This document shows, one piece after another, positions 13,911 through 28,900 of a stretch of 64,000 nt of DNA. The first letter of the stretch is position 1; each line of letters opens with the position of its first letter. A program made the position numbers and the translations under genes. The notes under the pieces were generated by a model. It did not search any database. It saw only the letters and a list, made by a program, of their open reading frames with translations, and was not told the DNA's origin. The stretch comes from Octopus sinensis (lineage: Eukaryota), in contig NC_043005.1 of NCBI RefSeq assembly GCF_006345805.1, positions 14,260,001-14,324,000 on the forward strand, given 5' to 3'.

Positions 13911-16900
13911 AATGTATAGATAGGTATGTGCGTGCGTGTATATATGCATATGTATGTATACTTATATGTACATTACATCTTATTCTTCAAGAGCTTCAAT
14001 TCTGCGTATGTACATATATTTACTAGATTGCTGACAAATAGTTTTCCCATTGTGTTGATGTGCCATTTTCTATCATTAATAAAACTGTTGGCATTTTTGC
14101 GAACACGGCTATGCTTGTATGAAATAAATTACTTTGCAATTCTGATAACAGTACCTAACTCTGGTAAGTTTTCTATGCTTGACATAATAAGAAAAAAAAA
14201 AGAAAAAAAGGACCACTCATATTTCATGTTGAAAATCAAATATGCCAATCACACATGTAATATTTTAAAAATCAAAGTAGGGTGTAGTGGTCTATGTTCA
14301 TTGCTGCTTCAATTTTTAGTGAATTCAAAAATGCAATAGTTGTTTAACCCTTTCGTTACCAAACCACCCAAAGCCGCCCGAAAAAAATTTTGGTTAATGA
14401 GACCAAACCGCCCAAAGCCGCCCGAATTTACCTATTCATATTTAAATTAGAATATCAGAGCAAATCTCTTTAGCACATTCGTGAAAACACGTATTATACT
14501 TCGTAAAGAGTTCAACTACAGTTTTGAACAATAATCGAAGTGTAATTTTAATTCCGTGAATTTTGGGAGATTTTTTTTCCGAAATTTGTTCCTATTGTGT
14601 TTTCAAAATTTGTAATTCTGACAAAAATGGATACGAATTTCATTATATCAAGCAGCGAGTCAGAATTCGAAGGATTTTCTACTGAAGACCTTCATAAATC
14701 TAACTCTATGACTGAAAAAAAAAAGCATGTGGTATTTGATAATGAATCTGATGTTTCATTTTCCGAAAGTGAAAACTGTGAATCCGAGATCGATAGCGAT
14801 AAAGAAAATGAATTGGCACCCGAATGGAGTGAACATTTAAAAACTGTTTCTTTCGGTGATTTTACTGAAGAAACTGGACCAAGCCACAGACTTTCCCAGG
14901 AGAGTAAAGCCTTAGGTTATTTCTATTTACTTTTTCGAATGAGCCTATTTGAAATCATTACGGCGAAAACGAACCGTTACGCTAAACGTAAACAAAGCGA
15001 AAGAAACGATAGTTTGTGGTTTCCCATAACCTTAAATGAAATTAAGACTATTTTGCCATAAATATTATTATGGGTATCAGAAAGTTACCCAGAATAACAA
15101 ATTCTATCGTAAAATTTTGTTGTATACCCAATTGAATATTAGCTAATAACCCATTTTCTATAGCGATGTTTGAACAAAATTTTAATAATTTTATACTTTG
15201 TTGAATTTACCTGTATCTACCTGCAATTAGAGTCACTTCGTGACAAAAATTATAGTATAGAATTGGTTGAGAATATTTCATTAAATTATCTTCCAAAAAT
15301 CAGATTAATATATCGATAAATAAAAAAGTTATAGTTGTTTAATGAAACCAGACTAAATTTATGATTACGTTAGAAATTAATTGAAACACATAAGGGGTGT
15401 AATTTGGTCAGAAATATAGTATGAAAGGGTTAAGATTAAAAAGAAAAAACAATCTAATTCTTATCCAATAATGGAAGACATTAACCCTTTCATTACCGTA
15501 TTTATTTTGAGGTGTTCTGTGTTTCTTTCAATTATTTTAAATAAAACAATAAATTTAGTAAAATAACTTAGTTATCATTAAGCTAGTGTTAGGAACATAA
15601 ATTGTGACTAAGATTTGGTGGAAGATTATAATTCAAAACTTATGAAAACAAGATATTTATACTACAGAGCTGGTTTCAGCTGGGTTCGTAACAAAAGGCT
15701 TAAAGAAAGTTTTTTTTATGTGAGAATGTTACAACAAAAGTTTTGCTCCAATCATCTCAAACTTTTGGTATCTTTGTGAAGCTCAGCTTCACAAACATAC
15801 ATCCAATGTGACAAAGTTATACTAAAACAGCACTACATGGTATAGGTCTAATTAGTTTACCACTGACTTTACTATGTACAAAGACTACAGTAAACAACTT
15901 ACATTAGGTATACTATAATACCCCATCCTGACAATGCATCTCTATCAACTGCATTCAAGATAGCTTGAGAGACAGTTTCAAACAAGTCATCTGGTTCCTG
16001 AAATATAATAAATAAACATGTACTTAAAAAATCAATAAAGATGGACAATAGTAATTTACTATTAGTAGTTTTATTCAATTTTTAAATAGTATTCATCTTA
16101 AAAGAAAAGAAAAAAAAATTAAACCTCACTTGAGTATTTGAGGTTCCTTTAGTCATACTGAGATCACAATAGCCTCTTTAATGCTGGTGCCATAAAATAT
16201 TTACATTACACTCTGTAAAGTTTGCAGGTATCAAGGAAGGAAGGAATTCAACCATAGAAAGTATACCAAAATTTGAGATGTGTGAGGGACACGTGAACCT
16301 CTAAGTTGTCTAAGAGAACAGTACCTCTGAATAAAAACTAACTTGGACTGCAATGATGACTCCAAGCTGCATCAGTATGGAAGATGGACATAAAAATGAT
16401 GGTGATAAACTAGTCAGTTAATTGAACAGGTGTAGTTTTGACTTCACTAAAGTTGAATAAAATCCAACTATGATCCTTCAGCTCACAGATCAAAAGATCA
16501 AATGCCAAAAGTATTTTAAAGATTGGCTAAATATGCATAATGATATAAAAGTATACCGCACGGTGTGTTGCATAATCTTAGCTTTCACATTCTTGACAAT
16601 AGATTCTGGTTATATTACATATGTAGAGTTATTAATGCTTACAACTTATGTGTGATGAGTCTACATAAAATGGATAGTGTATTACATACACAATAATCCA
16701 TAATCAGAACCAAAGTCTGGATACAAATGACAGACTGAGACAAATGATGGACTCTGATTCGACACTGAGAACTTGGGCAATTGATCTGATACTTAAAACA
16801 GACAAATGAACCAAGACATTGTATAATAGTGTTCTCTCAGAAACACAAAATACCAGCAGTGGATCTGAATGCATGACCCATGCATAAGTACCATGTCCAC

Positions 16901-19900
16901 ATGGTCATCTTTACACTAATAGCCAAACTATCAAACAGTACTGTCATAAATTTTTTTGATGACCGTGACTTACTAAGCACATGATCACAAGTACACACAT
17001 TAATGTTTGAGCAAGGCACATAACTCTTATCTAGAGATAGTTAAAGTCTAAAAATAAATTTACCATCACAATACCTAGCTTTTAAATGTATCCTGCATGA
17101 ATTAAGTTAACTTGATGTGCTTTACAGTATATAAAGGTAGTAGCTTCTGCCTAGTCTAACTTTAGAATAAAAATGTTATTGTTTAATTAAACATATTATT
17201 GTCATTGTTATTAACATAAATTAATCAATCAAAAAGAAATTATAGGAAAACCACCTTTAACTTTGAAAGAACCATCACAATCATTTAAAATCTGTTTTCT
17301 ATGTTGGTATGGGTTAAACAATGAAATTATAATGATGACTAACGCTGATATCCATCACCATTTGGTGTCAGGCTCAATAGTAGCTAGCACCATCTAACTG
17401 GTGTTATACAAAGAATGGTGTTCACCGTACTATTCTTTAATTTAGCTCTAATATTGCAAGTTGCTTCAGCATTCACCATTGCTAGCTTAGCTCTAATATT
17501 GCAAGTTGCTTCAGCATTCACCATTGCTAGCTGTGTCAGTATTGAGTTCTTTTATCCCCAATTATGTTTGCAGGTGGAAAACGAATAAGCTGCAAACTGA
17601 AAGACGTGTGAGTGAAAGAAAGAAATTGTTGGATATTAGTAAAATTGAGATAAGTGTGAAATCTTTTAAAAATATGTGAAAAAGATAATGTCCTTGATGG
17701 AATTGAAAATGGTGTACTTTTTGTAGGTTTTAATGAGAAAACAAAATTTTTCAATGCTGAAGATGATTAAAGGGCTTTACTTTTTTTTGTTTCTAATGAA
17801 GAATAATGCTTTTTGCCCATCCACTTATTGTAGTTATTAAAACACAGAAGTTACTATACAGCAATTAGGCATATTTATTGAAAAGTCAATTGGTCAAAAA
17901 TGCATCTGTCAATACCAAATTCATTGAAAGACATAATCATAAAAACTGTATTAATTTTATTAAACATTTTGTAATTTCAAAATGACAAATTGTAAAATGA
18001 AATACATCTCCAGACTTTTCACGGAAAATATTAGCATTTTCATGAATATTTTAATTTTTTATTTTGCTTTGTTTACAATCAATTTCTCTTTTGAATGATT
18101 TGTTTTGCAATGAATTTGCAATCCTATGGCTTGTATGTATTTCAATAAATGCTTCAACACCAATTTTGTTACACTGACCTCCTGCTTTATGTTCAACAGA
18201 AAAAAAAACTGGTATCTTGCTTTTTTACGAAAACATTCTTGACATCAATGGAACTTTTGCATGTACAACAATGAATAATCTCTTAATAGTAAAGGACTTC
18301 TGATTTTCTATCTCCTACTTTATGCTCAATAGAATATACTAATTATTTGCTTTTCTTAAATTGATTTTTTTTTGTTACATGTAAACAACTTTTACAGGTA
18401 TTCATCATGCAGGACCTTTTAATTGTAAATGACTTCATTCAAAAGTTCAGTGTCTTACCCACTATCATGTGGTGTAAACATGTCATGTATAATATATGTT
18501 AAATTACTTCTTTTAAACTCAGTTTTACCATGATGAAGTGCAAATTCCAATTTTAGAACACAGAAAAAAAAATTATAGCTGAGAACCAAAGACACAGGAT
18601 GCTTAAATGCACTACATAGTTCTTATTCCTGAAATAACTCTCTGAAATAAGGGCACATCTTACATGCCTTAAAATATGGTATCTATAACTTCACAATTGA
18701 GTGAGTGGTTAACAGTATAAAAAAAAAACATCCAGCTGTATTAAAGTCAATTGCTTCAACCATATGTCAAATCCATCTTATTTCTGAATGATGCAAATGT
18801 ACAGATGATATAAGAATACTTCAGTATCAAATGTCAGCAGGTAAATGACAATGACAAGGCCCTTGATGATGATGATAGAACATGATTTCTTCACATTGCT
18901 AATGAACTTCATCAGAAATTTTGCTTCTAACAATAACCATGAGACAACCTATCACTGAAAGCTGCAACTGGCTGAGTTGATGGAATGACCCACTAAACAA
19001 ACGGTTGAAAGTTTGTGTCCTGTAATTACACAAGGTATGTCCATAACAGAAAAATAACATACACTGGCCCAGCTCCAACAAAGTAAACTGCATAGTTAAT
19101 AAGTATTTCTTCATGTCACAGAACGAGGTATCAGTCTTCCTATAACCCTTTAGCAGGCAATGATAAACACAAACTGGAGTGATTGCCTCTGTCAGCTAAA
19201 GAAAAGCTAAAATGAAAAGTCTCAGATGTTTCATTGGTAGAATTGGAATCAGTTTGATGGTATGTATTAATCCTTGCCACATTGTCCAAGACCTAAATAA
19301 ATAAGGTAGGCTTTCATCATCATCATCATCGTCGTTTAACGTCCGTTCTCCATGCTAGCATGGGTTGGACGGTTCGACCGGGGTTCTGGGAAGCCAGAAG
19401 GCTGCACCAGGCTCCAGTCTAATCTGGCAATGTTTCTACAGCTGGATGCCCTTCCTAACGCCAACCACTCCGTGAGTGTAGTGGGTGCTTTTTACGTGCC
19501 ACCTGCACGTATATAAATACTAAATAATGAGAACTTACCAGATCTGGTTGCCATAATGACTCACACATACCATACATTTGTTCTGAACAAGTTCCACTCA
19601 CAACAAAATCACCAGGGACCATGGGGCAACCAATCAAATCCATAGAGGCAATGAAAGGTTCGAATGTGGTAGGATCCAATCCAGCAATGACAGGTTCAAC
19701 AAAGTATGGACCAAACCTAAAAAAATATAAAATGCTCTATTTCAGAAGGAAAAAAAATTTCACATATTTTAACACATTAAATGAAATCTTAAAACAATTA
19801 CACACATTATATAAAAATCAAGACTGACAAAAGCAATGCCAACTACATAGTCCATGAACATGATAATTGTTGTTAGTGTAATTAGTGGTAAAGAGATACA

Positions 19901-22900
19901 CTATATAATATACCTATTTCTTTATTACCCACAAGGGGCTAAACATAGAGGGGGACAAACAAGGACAGACATAGGTATTAAGTCGATTACATCGACCCCA
20001 GTGCGTACTTAATTTATCGACCCCGAAAGGATGAAAGGCAAAGTCGACCTCAGCGGAATTTGAACTCAGAACGTAACGGCAGACGAAATACCGTAAGCAT
20101 TTCGCCCGGCGAGCTAACGTTTCTGCCAGCTCACCACCATGTATATACCAGTATAAAAAGCTTCATCATTGTATATGTTAAACTACAGCACTAAGTTCAA
20201 CAAGAAGTTACACAAATAACTAAAACTAGAATTCTTGATTCTCTTGGTTTTCTTTGCTGTTGGAAGAAGATGTTTGTTCTGAATTTTGAGTTTGCAGGCA
20301 TGGAATAGTCTACTTCACATTAAATTCATCAAAATTTATTATGACAGTGTTAACAGAGTAATATTAGTAACTAGGTTTCAAATTAGCAAGTTAATGTTTG
20401 GTTAAGATGGTTAACATTTGCATGAAAGATATATTACCATATGAGGCCTCAAAATAGTTAAATGAAGAAATATTGCAAAGAATGTGTCAAAGTGGCAAAT
20501 AATGATTTCTTATTTTGGCACAAAACTACACATTCAGGATACAAATAACATCGAGTTTTAATGAGCTCGAAAGGAGAAGCAATGTCGAACTAAACAGCAT
20601 TGATAAAGGGACATAACTACACAAAGCAAGTAATTTAGTAATTTTGACCAACCAAAGTTTACGAGTGATACTTCTGACATCACAGCTCAAATAATAAAAT
20701 GCATTTTACAAATTCACGTTTAAAACCTGATACTTGGTTTGTGAAATCAAGGCTGAATTGTACAGGTCTGTGACCAAAAAATTGGGTGAAACTGATCAAT
20801 TTTCACCTGCTAATGTCAAAACATTTCTAAGAAATTGTCCTATCACATACAGTTTCTTCACAAAATTGGTCACTGAATTTTACCATTATGCCTGAATTTG
20901 ACTCTCTTTTTCTCTTTTACTTGTTTCAGTCATTTGACTGCAGCCATGCTGGAGCACCGCCTTTAGTCGAGCAAATCGACCCCGGGACTTATTCTTTGTA
21001 AGCCCAGTACTTATTCTATCTGACTATTGTCTTCTGCTATTACAATTATCTATAACAGTATAATAAACAGGCATAATTTTGAAAAGTAAGCATCTGGCAA
21101 TGTTTATACTGCTTCAACTACATAGAGAGGTGCCTGCATCATTGTAGCTTCAGTGACCTGCAAGCAGTGAGGAGAGGAAGGTGCACTTTACAAGATCACT
21201 GTTGCTTAGGTTAAAACATATCGTTTTTTTATATATTTCCATGTCTTTTTTTCAATGTATATATGCTATGTGCTTGGTTTATTGTATCATACATTACATT
21301 TCAATGCTTCTTTAATAATACAATGTATACATTTAAATGGTGAGTTAAATATATGTGTTAAAAAAAAATGTCCCCTTCCCCTTTCCTAACAGATCTCCAC
21401 ATCATTTGAAGAAAGGATGTCTTCTAGAAGATATGCAGCAAGTCTAGATAATTTTTGTTATATTTGTGATAAGTTTATGACAAAAAAAAACAAAAAAAAA
21501 ACCATCAGAGAAACATTACTGAATTTGTCAAAATATCTTACTACGTTTACTTTGGTGTGAAATTAAGAGACTAAGAAGTGGGTTCCTTATAATGGCCTGC
21601 TCAATTGTGTTGAAGAACTATGAAAATGGATAAAAAGTACAAAGAAGCCCTTTTCATTTGGGGGTTCTAACAATATGGAGAGAACCTAAAAATCACAGTA
21701 ATGACTGGTTCATTTTGTTCATGTAAGTTGCAGGGATACAATAGGAGTGGAAAAACATTGTTTATCCAAATATCACATCTGCATTGTGACCAGTAACTCA
21801 GGGACCAGATGTTCCTGTCCAATCCTCACCAGGAAACCTGAATCAGAAGGCTAAAATAACAACGACAATGAAAACTTCAATAGTAGCAAAGATGAACTTC
21901 AACTACTCAAGCAATGGGAATTAAATGATCTAGTGAGGGACTTAGGGCTTGCAGAGGAGTCAGCAGAACTTTTAGGCTCCAGATTTAACTCTAAGAATCT
22001 TTAAGCTCATTGCACATCATTCAATTTGTACTGTAGCTTCAAAATCGCTCAAGAAAATGATTTGGTTTATTGTACAGGTTTATCATGACTAATAGGAAAG
22101 TTTTGCATAAGTTACAGCCCTGATGAATGGAGACTCTTCAAAGAGAAGTCTTAAAGCTGTTCTACTGCATAATGGTAATAAATATGCTTTCGTCCCTGTT
22201 GGACACTCAGTAATTATGAAGGAAACATGAAAATTTGGTGTCAGTCTTATTATATGAGAGTAAATTCAAAGATCACAACTAGATGATTTGTGGTGACTTG
22301 AAAATAATTTGTATGTTACTTGGACAACAGTTAGGCTATACAAAATTTCCTTGTTATTTGTGTGAATGGGTCAGTAGAGACAGGAACTGCCATTAGTCTA
22401 AAAAAGAAAGACCAAATAGGGATATGCTTACACCAGGAACAAAGAATATCTTTTCAGAAAGTTTGTTTGATCTAAAAAGGGTTCTTTTACCTCCTCTGCA
22501 TATAAAACCTGGCTGCATGAAGTAATTCATAAAAGCTTTGCCACAGCATAGAGAGGGCTTCAAGTATTTGTGGAGCAAGTTTCCTGCTCTATTAGACACC
22601 AATGTTGAAGAGGGTATATTTGTAGGACCAAATTATGGTCATTAAATAGTAACAAATCCATAAGTTAATGAGAAAGAGCTTTTTGATATTTGAAATAACA
22701 CCATAAAAATATATCAAGTAACATAAAATTATCAAAGCAATTTCAAAAAGCTCCATTTTATAGGACTGTGTTATTTATAAAACAGTTTTTAACTCCTGAA
22801 AACTCCTGCTTTTTTAATAACTAGAAATCGTGAAACACACCTCAGAAGGCAAAGATGTGGTTTAAAAATTGGTATTCTTTTAAGGTTTTCCTAAATAGCC

Positions 22901-25900
22901 AAACTGTTAAGCAAGACCCTCTCAACACCTGACATAAAGTCACCTCCCTCTCTACTATATCCCAACTCAATTGAGGAAGCCTGTCTTGTAAGGTACTTGG
23001 GGACTTCACAAGTGCTTGTGTCATGAAAGATCACCCAATAAAGTGGTTAGCATTAGGATGGGCATCTGGCTACAGAAACCACACCAAAGCAGACACTGGA
23101 GCTTGATGCAGCCCTCTGGCCTATCTGATCCTGTTAAACCATCCAACCCGTTCCAGCATAGAAGACAAACATTAAAGAATGGTGACAATAATGAATAATT
23201 CATGATATATATATCTATGGATCCCTTTGATTACTATTTTATTCTGGTGGATCCGCCATAACCATTCGATATTTAAAAACTAGCTTTATAGATACTTCTT
23301 TCAAAATACCTATTTTGTCTTTTGCACATTCACTTGTGCAGGTTTGCAAGAGAAGTCTCTGGGAGAACATGGTTCTGTGGCTGGAAACCTGTTGAACTAT
23401 ATAAAATGTTAGAGGAAAAAAACCTAGCTGTTTCTTACAACAAATACACCTAAAAGCAATATTTATCCACGGACCTTTAAAATATTATTGAAAATCCCTA
23501 ATTTTCTATTTTGCTTGCATGGACCCTCAAAAATCTTATGTGGGTCATATGAACCCTGGTTGAGAACCAATGCTCTACACTCAAACTCAATGTTTAGTAA
23601 AATAAGCAAGAGTTTAGAGAACAGAACACTTACCTTCTTTCATAAAGTAAATTAGACACCATTGACATAAAAGTTTTAGGCTTTATTTTCCGGTTTTCTC
23701 TTAATTCATACAAATTCAGTCGGAACTTTAACCTCTGGCTCCTAAATTGTAAAGAAATTAAAAAAAGCAAGACAAGTTTTAAAATTTATAACAAGAAATT
23801 GCTCATGTGCCCATAATTAGGGGTACTGCTTCAAAGTCAGAGCAATTTTTAAGTTACAGACTCCAAGAAAGTTAACCCCCAAAATAGATAACAATGGTTA
23901 CCTCAATGAGCATTTACTAAAGTTAAAAAATAACATATTTATCAGGAGTTGCGATATTAAACCTTATTAAACAAGAACAGTAATCTAATAGAGATTTCTT
24001 ACAAGACTACTGCTACCTCGGAAATGATTATATCCAATATGCAATAAGGTATTACGTAGAAACTTTATACTGAGCACCCAATGTAAATTAGTACACAAAA
24101 GGATGCAATGACGTTTTAAGTACATTCATAGAGAAGGGTTTCATATGTAACTAGGTTGTTTTCTGTCGTTATGCTGCCAGTAATCTGTTAATCATGCACA
24201 CACCTCCATAAATTGTTCAAAGTGAGTCTTTTTTAAAAGTCTGTGTTGTGTTGTTTATATGTTGAAAGACCCAGAAAAATACACAAACAAACCAATAACA
24301 AAAAACTATTGTGTGGTAAGAAGATTACTTCCCAACCACATGGTTCTGGGTTCAGTCCCACTGTGTGACACCTTGGGCAAGTGTCTTCTTATATAACCTC
24401 GGGGTAACCAAAGCCTTGTGAGTGAATTTGGTAGATAGAAACTGAACAAAGCCCATCACATCATCATCATCTAACGTCCGCCTTCCATGCTGGCATGGGT
24501 GAGACGGCTTGACAAGAGCCAGCCAGGCAGAAGACTGCACTAGACTTCTGTAACTGTTTTGGCAGGATTTTTACAGCTGGATGCCCTTCCTAACACCAAC
24601 CACTAAGCAGAATGGACTTAGTGCTTTTTATGTGGCACAAGCACAGGCAAAGTCAGTTTTGGCAAGGTTTTCACAGTTGGATGCCCTTCCAAAACGTCGA
24701 CCACTTTACAGTGTGGACTGGGTGCTTTTAAGAGGCACTTGCACTGACAGGGTCACCAAATACTTGCAAGAGGGAAGGAGGCACTGGGGAAGGTGATCTT
24801 GTGTCGGATGATGAAAGGTTATAGTGAGGCAGAAAAATCAGGCATGAAAACAGAAACAGGTGCACTACCGCAAAAGAAATACATGGTTACCCAACCTGAG
24901 GGAAGTGCAGAAGGAAAGAGTGAGTGGGAGACAGCAGGATAGAGATAGCGACAAAGTGCCGGGCATAGACAATGAGACAGGGTGTGGGTGGAATACACAG
25001 GTCGGAAGCTAGCAGAGAGCAAAGATACAGTGGCACAGGGCCAAGAGGACAGGATTGGGCAGTGGGAGGCAAACCTAGTGTATGTAGTGGAAGTGTGAGG
25101 AAGAGAAGACATGTAGTTTGGTTTGTTGTGGCAGAGTGTGCAAGAAATTCTCTTAAGTGTGAGTAGGACACACAGCACTTCTAGAACTCAGTTTTGCTAA
25201 CATGGGTGGGTCTTCTCAAGAACTTCATAGCGCCAGATATCTTGGGCCATTGTCACATCCTTCGTAAGGCCCAACATCCTGAAATTGGTCCTTACCACTT
25301 CATCCCAGGTCTCCCTCTGCTGCGGGTACCATCTACTTTCACTGACTGGCACTTGTTTATGCAGCTGTCCTCATATGTATCACATGTCCAAACCAATGTA
25401 GTCTTCTCTCTTGCATGCTACATTTGATTCCTCTTATGCCCAACTCAATACATTTGCACTGATGTTGCACATCAAACAGAGCATACCATCTTCATTTCTC
25501 TCCAGTCTATACATGTCTTCTGCATTCAGAGCTCATTTCTCACTACCATGGAGTATAGCTGTTCACACACAAGCATCATATACTCTACCTTTCACTCTGA
25601 GAGAGAGTCGTTTTGTTGCCAACAGAGGTAATAGTTCTCTGAACTTCCTCCACACAATTCTTATTCTAGAAAGAATACTTTTAGAACATCCTCCATCATT
25701 GCTAATTTTGTCACCTAGGTAACAGAAACTATCTATAACATCAAGAGAGCCTCCTGGGCATTTGAGAGAATCTAATTCTCATGTGCTCTTAGTGCTTATT
25801 GTTCCTGCACATCTGCCATGTACAAAGACGACTTTATCTGTTAATCTACCTGTGATTCCACTGCAGCTCTTATATATCCATAGTTTACACTAGGTGCAGT

Positions 25901-28900
25901 GAATGGAATTTCTTCCAACTCCTTTCCTACATATTGAGCAGCATCATTTACCTGATGGAAAGAGAGCTTTATCTCCTTTCTTACTAACAACTTTGGTTAT
26001 TGCTAGGTTAACTTTAAAGCCCTTTGGTTCCAGCTTTTGTTTCTATACCTGGAATTTCTCCATCAATTCTGCTAAAGATTCTGCAATAAGAGCAAGGTCA
26101 TCAGCATATAGCAAATCCCACAGGCACCCAGTTTTGAATTCCTCTGTTATGGCCTTTGAGCGAAAACACCTAAAGCTCCACGAGGCTCCGGCAGGGGATG
26201 GTGGTGATCCCTGCTGTACTCTTTCACCACAACTTTCTCTCACTCTTACTTCCTGTTTCTGTTGTACCTGTATTTCAAAGGGCCGGCCTTGTTACTCTCT
26301 GTGTCACGCTGAATATCCCCGAGAACTGCGTTAAGAGTACACGTGTCTGTGGAGTGCTCAGCCACTTACATGTTAATTTCACGAGCAGGCTGTTCCGTTG
26401 ATCAGATCAACCGGAATCCTCATCGTCGTAACCGACGGAGTGCTTCCATATGGCCTGGAGGACTATAATATAAGTAGGCTGAGAGCTGAGCCCTGGTGAA
26501 CCCCTACCTGTACAATAAATTCATCACTGTATTCATGGCCGACTCTCACCTTACTGACAGCATCACTGTACATGCTTGTACAACTCTAACAAGCCATTCC
26601 TCTACTCCTAACTTCCTTAGAGACCACCAAACAACAGAGCAGGGACTCTGTCAGAAGCCTTCTCCAGGTCGACAAAGGCTAAGTACAATGGCTTACTTTT
26701 GTCCTAGTACTTTTTCCTGCAGCTGTCTCACTAGGAAAATGGCATCTGTGGTACCCTTCCCATGTACAAAAACCAAACTGCATCTCATCTAGTTTAATTC
26801 TATTTCTAATCAATTAAGATATAACCCCCTCAGTAACTTTCATGACTTGGTCTAGCAATCTAATGCCTTTGTAGTTGTTTCTATTTACGCCATCACTCTT
26901 ACCCTTATAGCAGCTAAATATAATATATATTATGTGTGTATACGTGTGCATGTATATATATATATATATATATAGTGTGTCCCCCTGTGTTTGTCCCACC
27001 ATCGTCACTTGGCAACCAATATTGGTGTGTTTACATCCCAGTAACTTAGCAGTTCAGCAAAAAAGACTGATTGGGGTTGATTTGTTTGACTACAGGTGTG
27101 GTGCTCCAGCACGACCACAGTCATATGACTGAAACAAGTAAAAGAATATAACCTTTTTCTGAAGCCTGAGTTGTGTTGACAGACATGCACTCAAAAATTC
27201 CATTTTTAATTGTAACTAGTTAGGTACTATGATGACAACACTACCTGTCTATCTTTCACACACACACACAGAAATACATCTGGCTTGCATAATCCATTTT
27301 GGTGTGGTTTCTATGGCTGAATGCCTTTCCTAGCACCAATCACTTTACAGAGTAGTGGGCGCATTTTATTGTGACACCAGCACTAAGGAGGATGCATACC
27401 TTCACCCCATATGAGTGAGGGGTTTTTTTTTTGGGGGGGGGGGGTATAGTGATTACAGGACTAGGTGTAACAGCCGAGAGCTGACATGGCCTGCCAGCAA
27501 GAAATATTCATGCATGTGCGGGAAGGGTGTCATCATATCTCACCCAAAGAATTTTGTTCATACAACATTAGTTTTGGCAGGAAATATAAAGTCAGATACT
27601 TTTTGAATGCACTTTAATGTGTATGTGTGTATGTATGTATATAAATATATTCATCCTCAGGTGCAGGTATAGTTGTACAGTTAAGAAGCTTACTTCCCAA
27701 CCACTTGGCTCTCGGTTCAGTCCCACTGCATGACAGCGTTTTCTACTACAATCCCAGAATGACCAAAGCCATGTGATTGGATTTAGTAAATGGAATCCGA
27801 AAGAAGCATATACACATGTATGTGTGTGTGTGTGTGTGTGCATGTGCGAATTGATGTCGTGCAACTGTTGTAAATCAGCATCACTGTCATACAGGCAGTG
27901 TCCTTCATTACCAATCTTCTGTGAAAACATGTAAGGATTGACAACAGGTAGGGCATCCACCTGTAGAATATCCACCTCAACAAATTCCATCTGACCCATA
28001 TAAGCATAGAAATGTGGACACTAAAACAAAGATTATTAATCAAAAGTACTTACACTGTCTGCACATCTGTCGCAAGACCAGGTAAACCGATGAACAAACG
28101 TGGCCCCATTTTGAATATTTTCTGAAATTTGGTGCTCACTGTGAGAGAACTTTGTATTCCTAGACGACGGTCAGCAGCGATAGCAACACACTCCTTTCCT
28201 TTCATTGCCAGAATGGCAGAGCCATTGTAAGTCAGAATACTCTGCAATTGAAACATATACACATTATGGATTACTTACATTGGCTACAAAGCCAGAAATG
28301 ATAAAGGATGGGGTAAAACAGGATTGAACTGACACTTGTACAGTTTATAGCATATAGCTATGATCGATGTCTTACAGTAAAATAAGGCCAAAAACTATAG
28401 AGAGGTATAAGGGAATTACATCAATGCCACTACATGACATGTTTTAGCATTCAGCTACATGTGTGCATGCATGTGTGTGTATATATATATAATTGCAGCG
28501 TGGAAGGTGCTTATAAGCCATTGAAGAAACACACAAAAACCGTTAGATTCACTTCAACATTTAAATTTAATTTGCCAAAATATTTTTGTTGCTTTGAGAC
28601 CGCAACCTGTTCACTGACAAAATTCCGTGCTGCATCTGATGCAGTATGGAATTTTGTCAGTGAACAGGTCGTGGTATCAAAGCAATGAAAATATTTTGAC
28701 AAATTAAAATTTAAATGTTGAAGTGAATCTAACGGTTTTTGTGCGTTTCTTAAATGGCTTATAAACACCTTCCATGATACAATTGTTTCCTTTCCAACAC
28801 ATGATCTCAGATTAGGTCATTTGCTATGCAAGTACATCTCCACAATATATACATATATATATATATATATATCTGTATCTACCAGACTACCAGATGGTAA

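Noticed and set aside
16650-16740. C/D-box snoRNA candidate in a PSMB3 intron (GTGATGA ... CTGA)
   Set aside because: Only a 3-bp terminal stem and no recognisable guide; such boxes occur by chance in AT-rich DNA.
16840-18500. Possible decayed transposase fragments in PSMB3 intron 4
   Set aside because: Only vague motif resemblance; I could not establish a family or termini.
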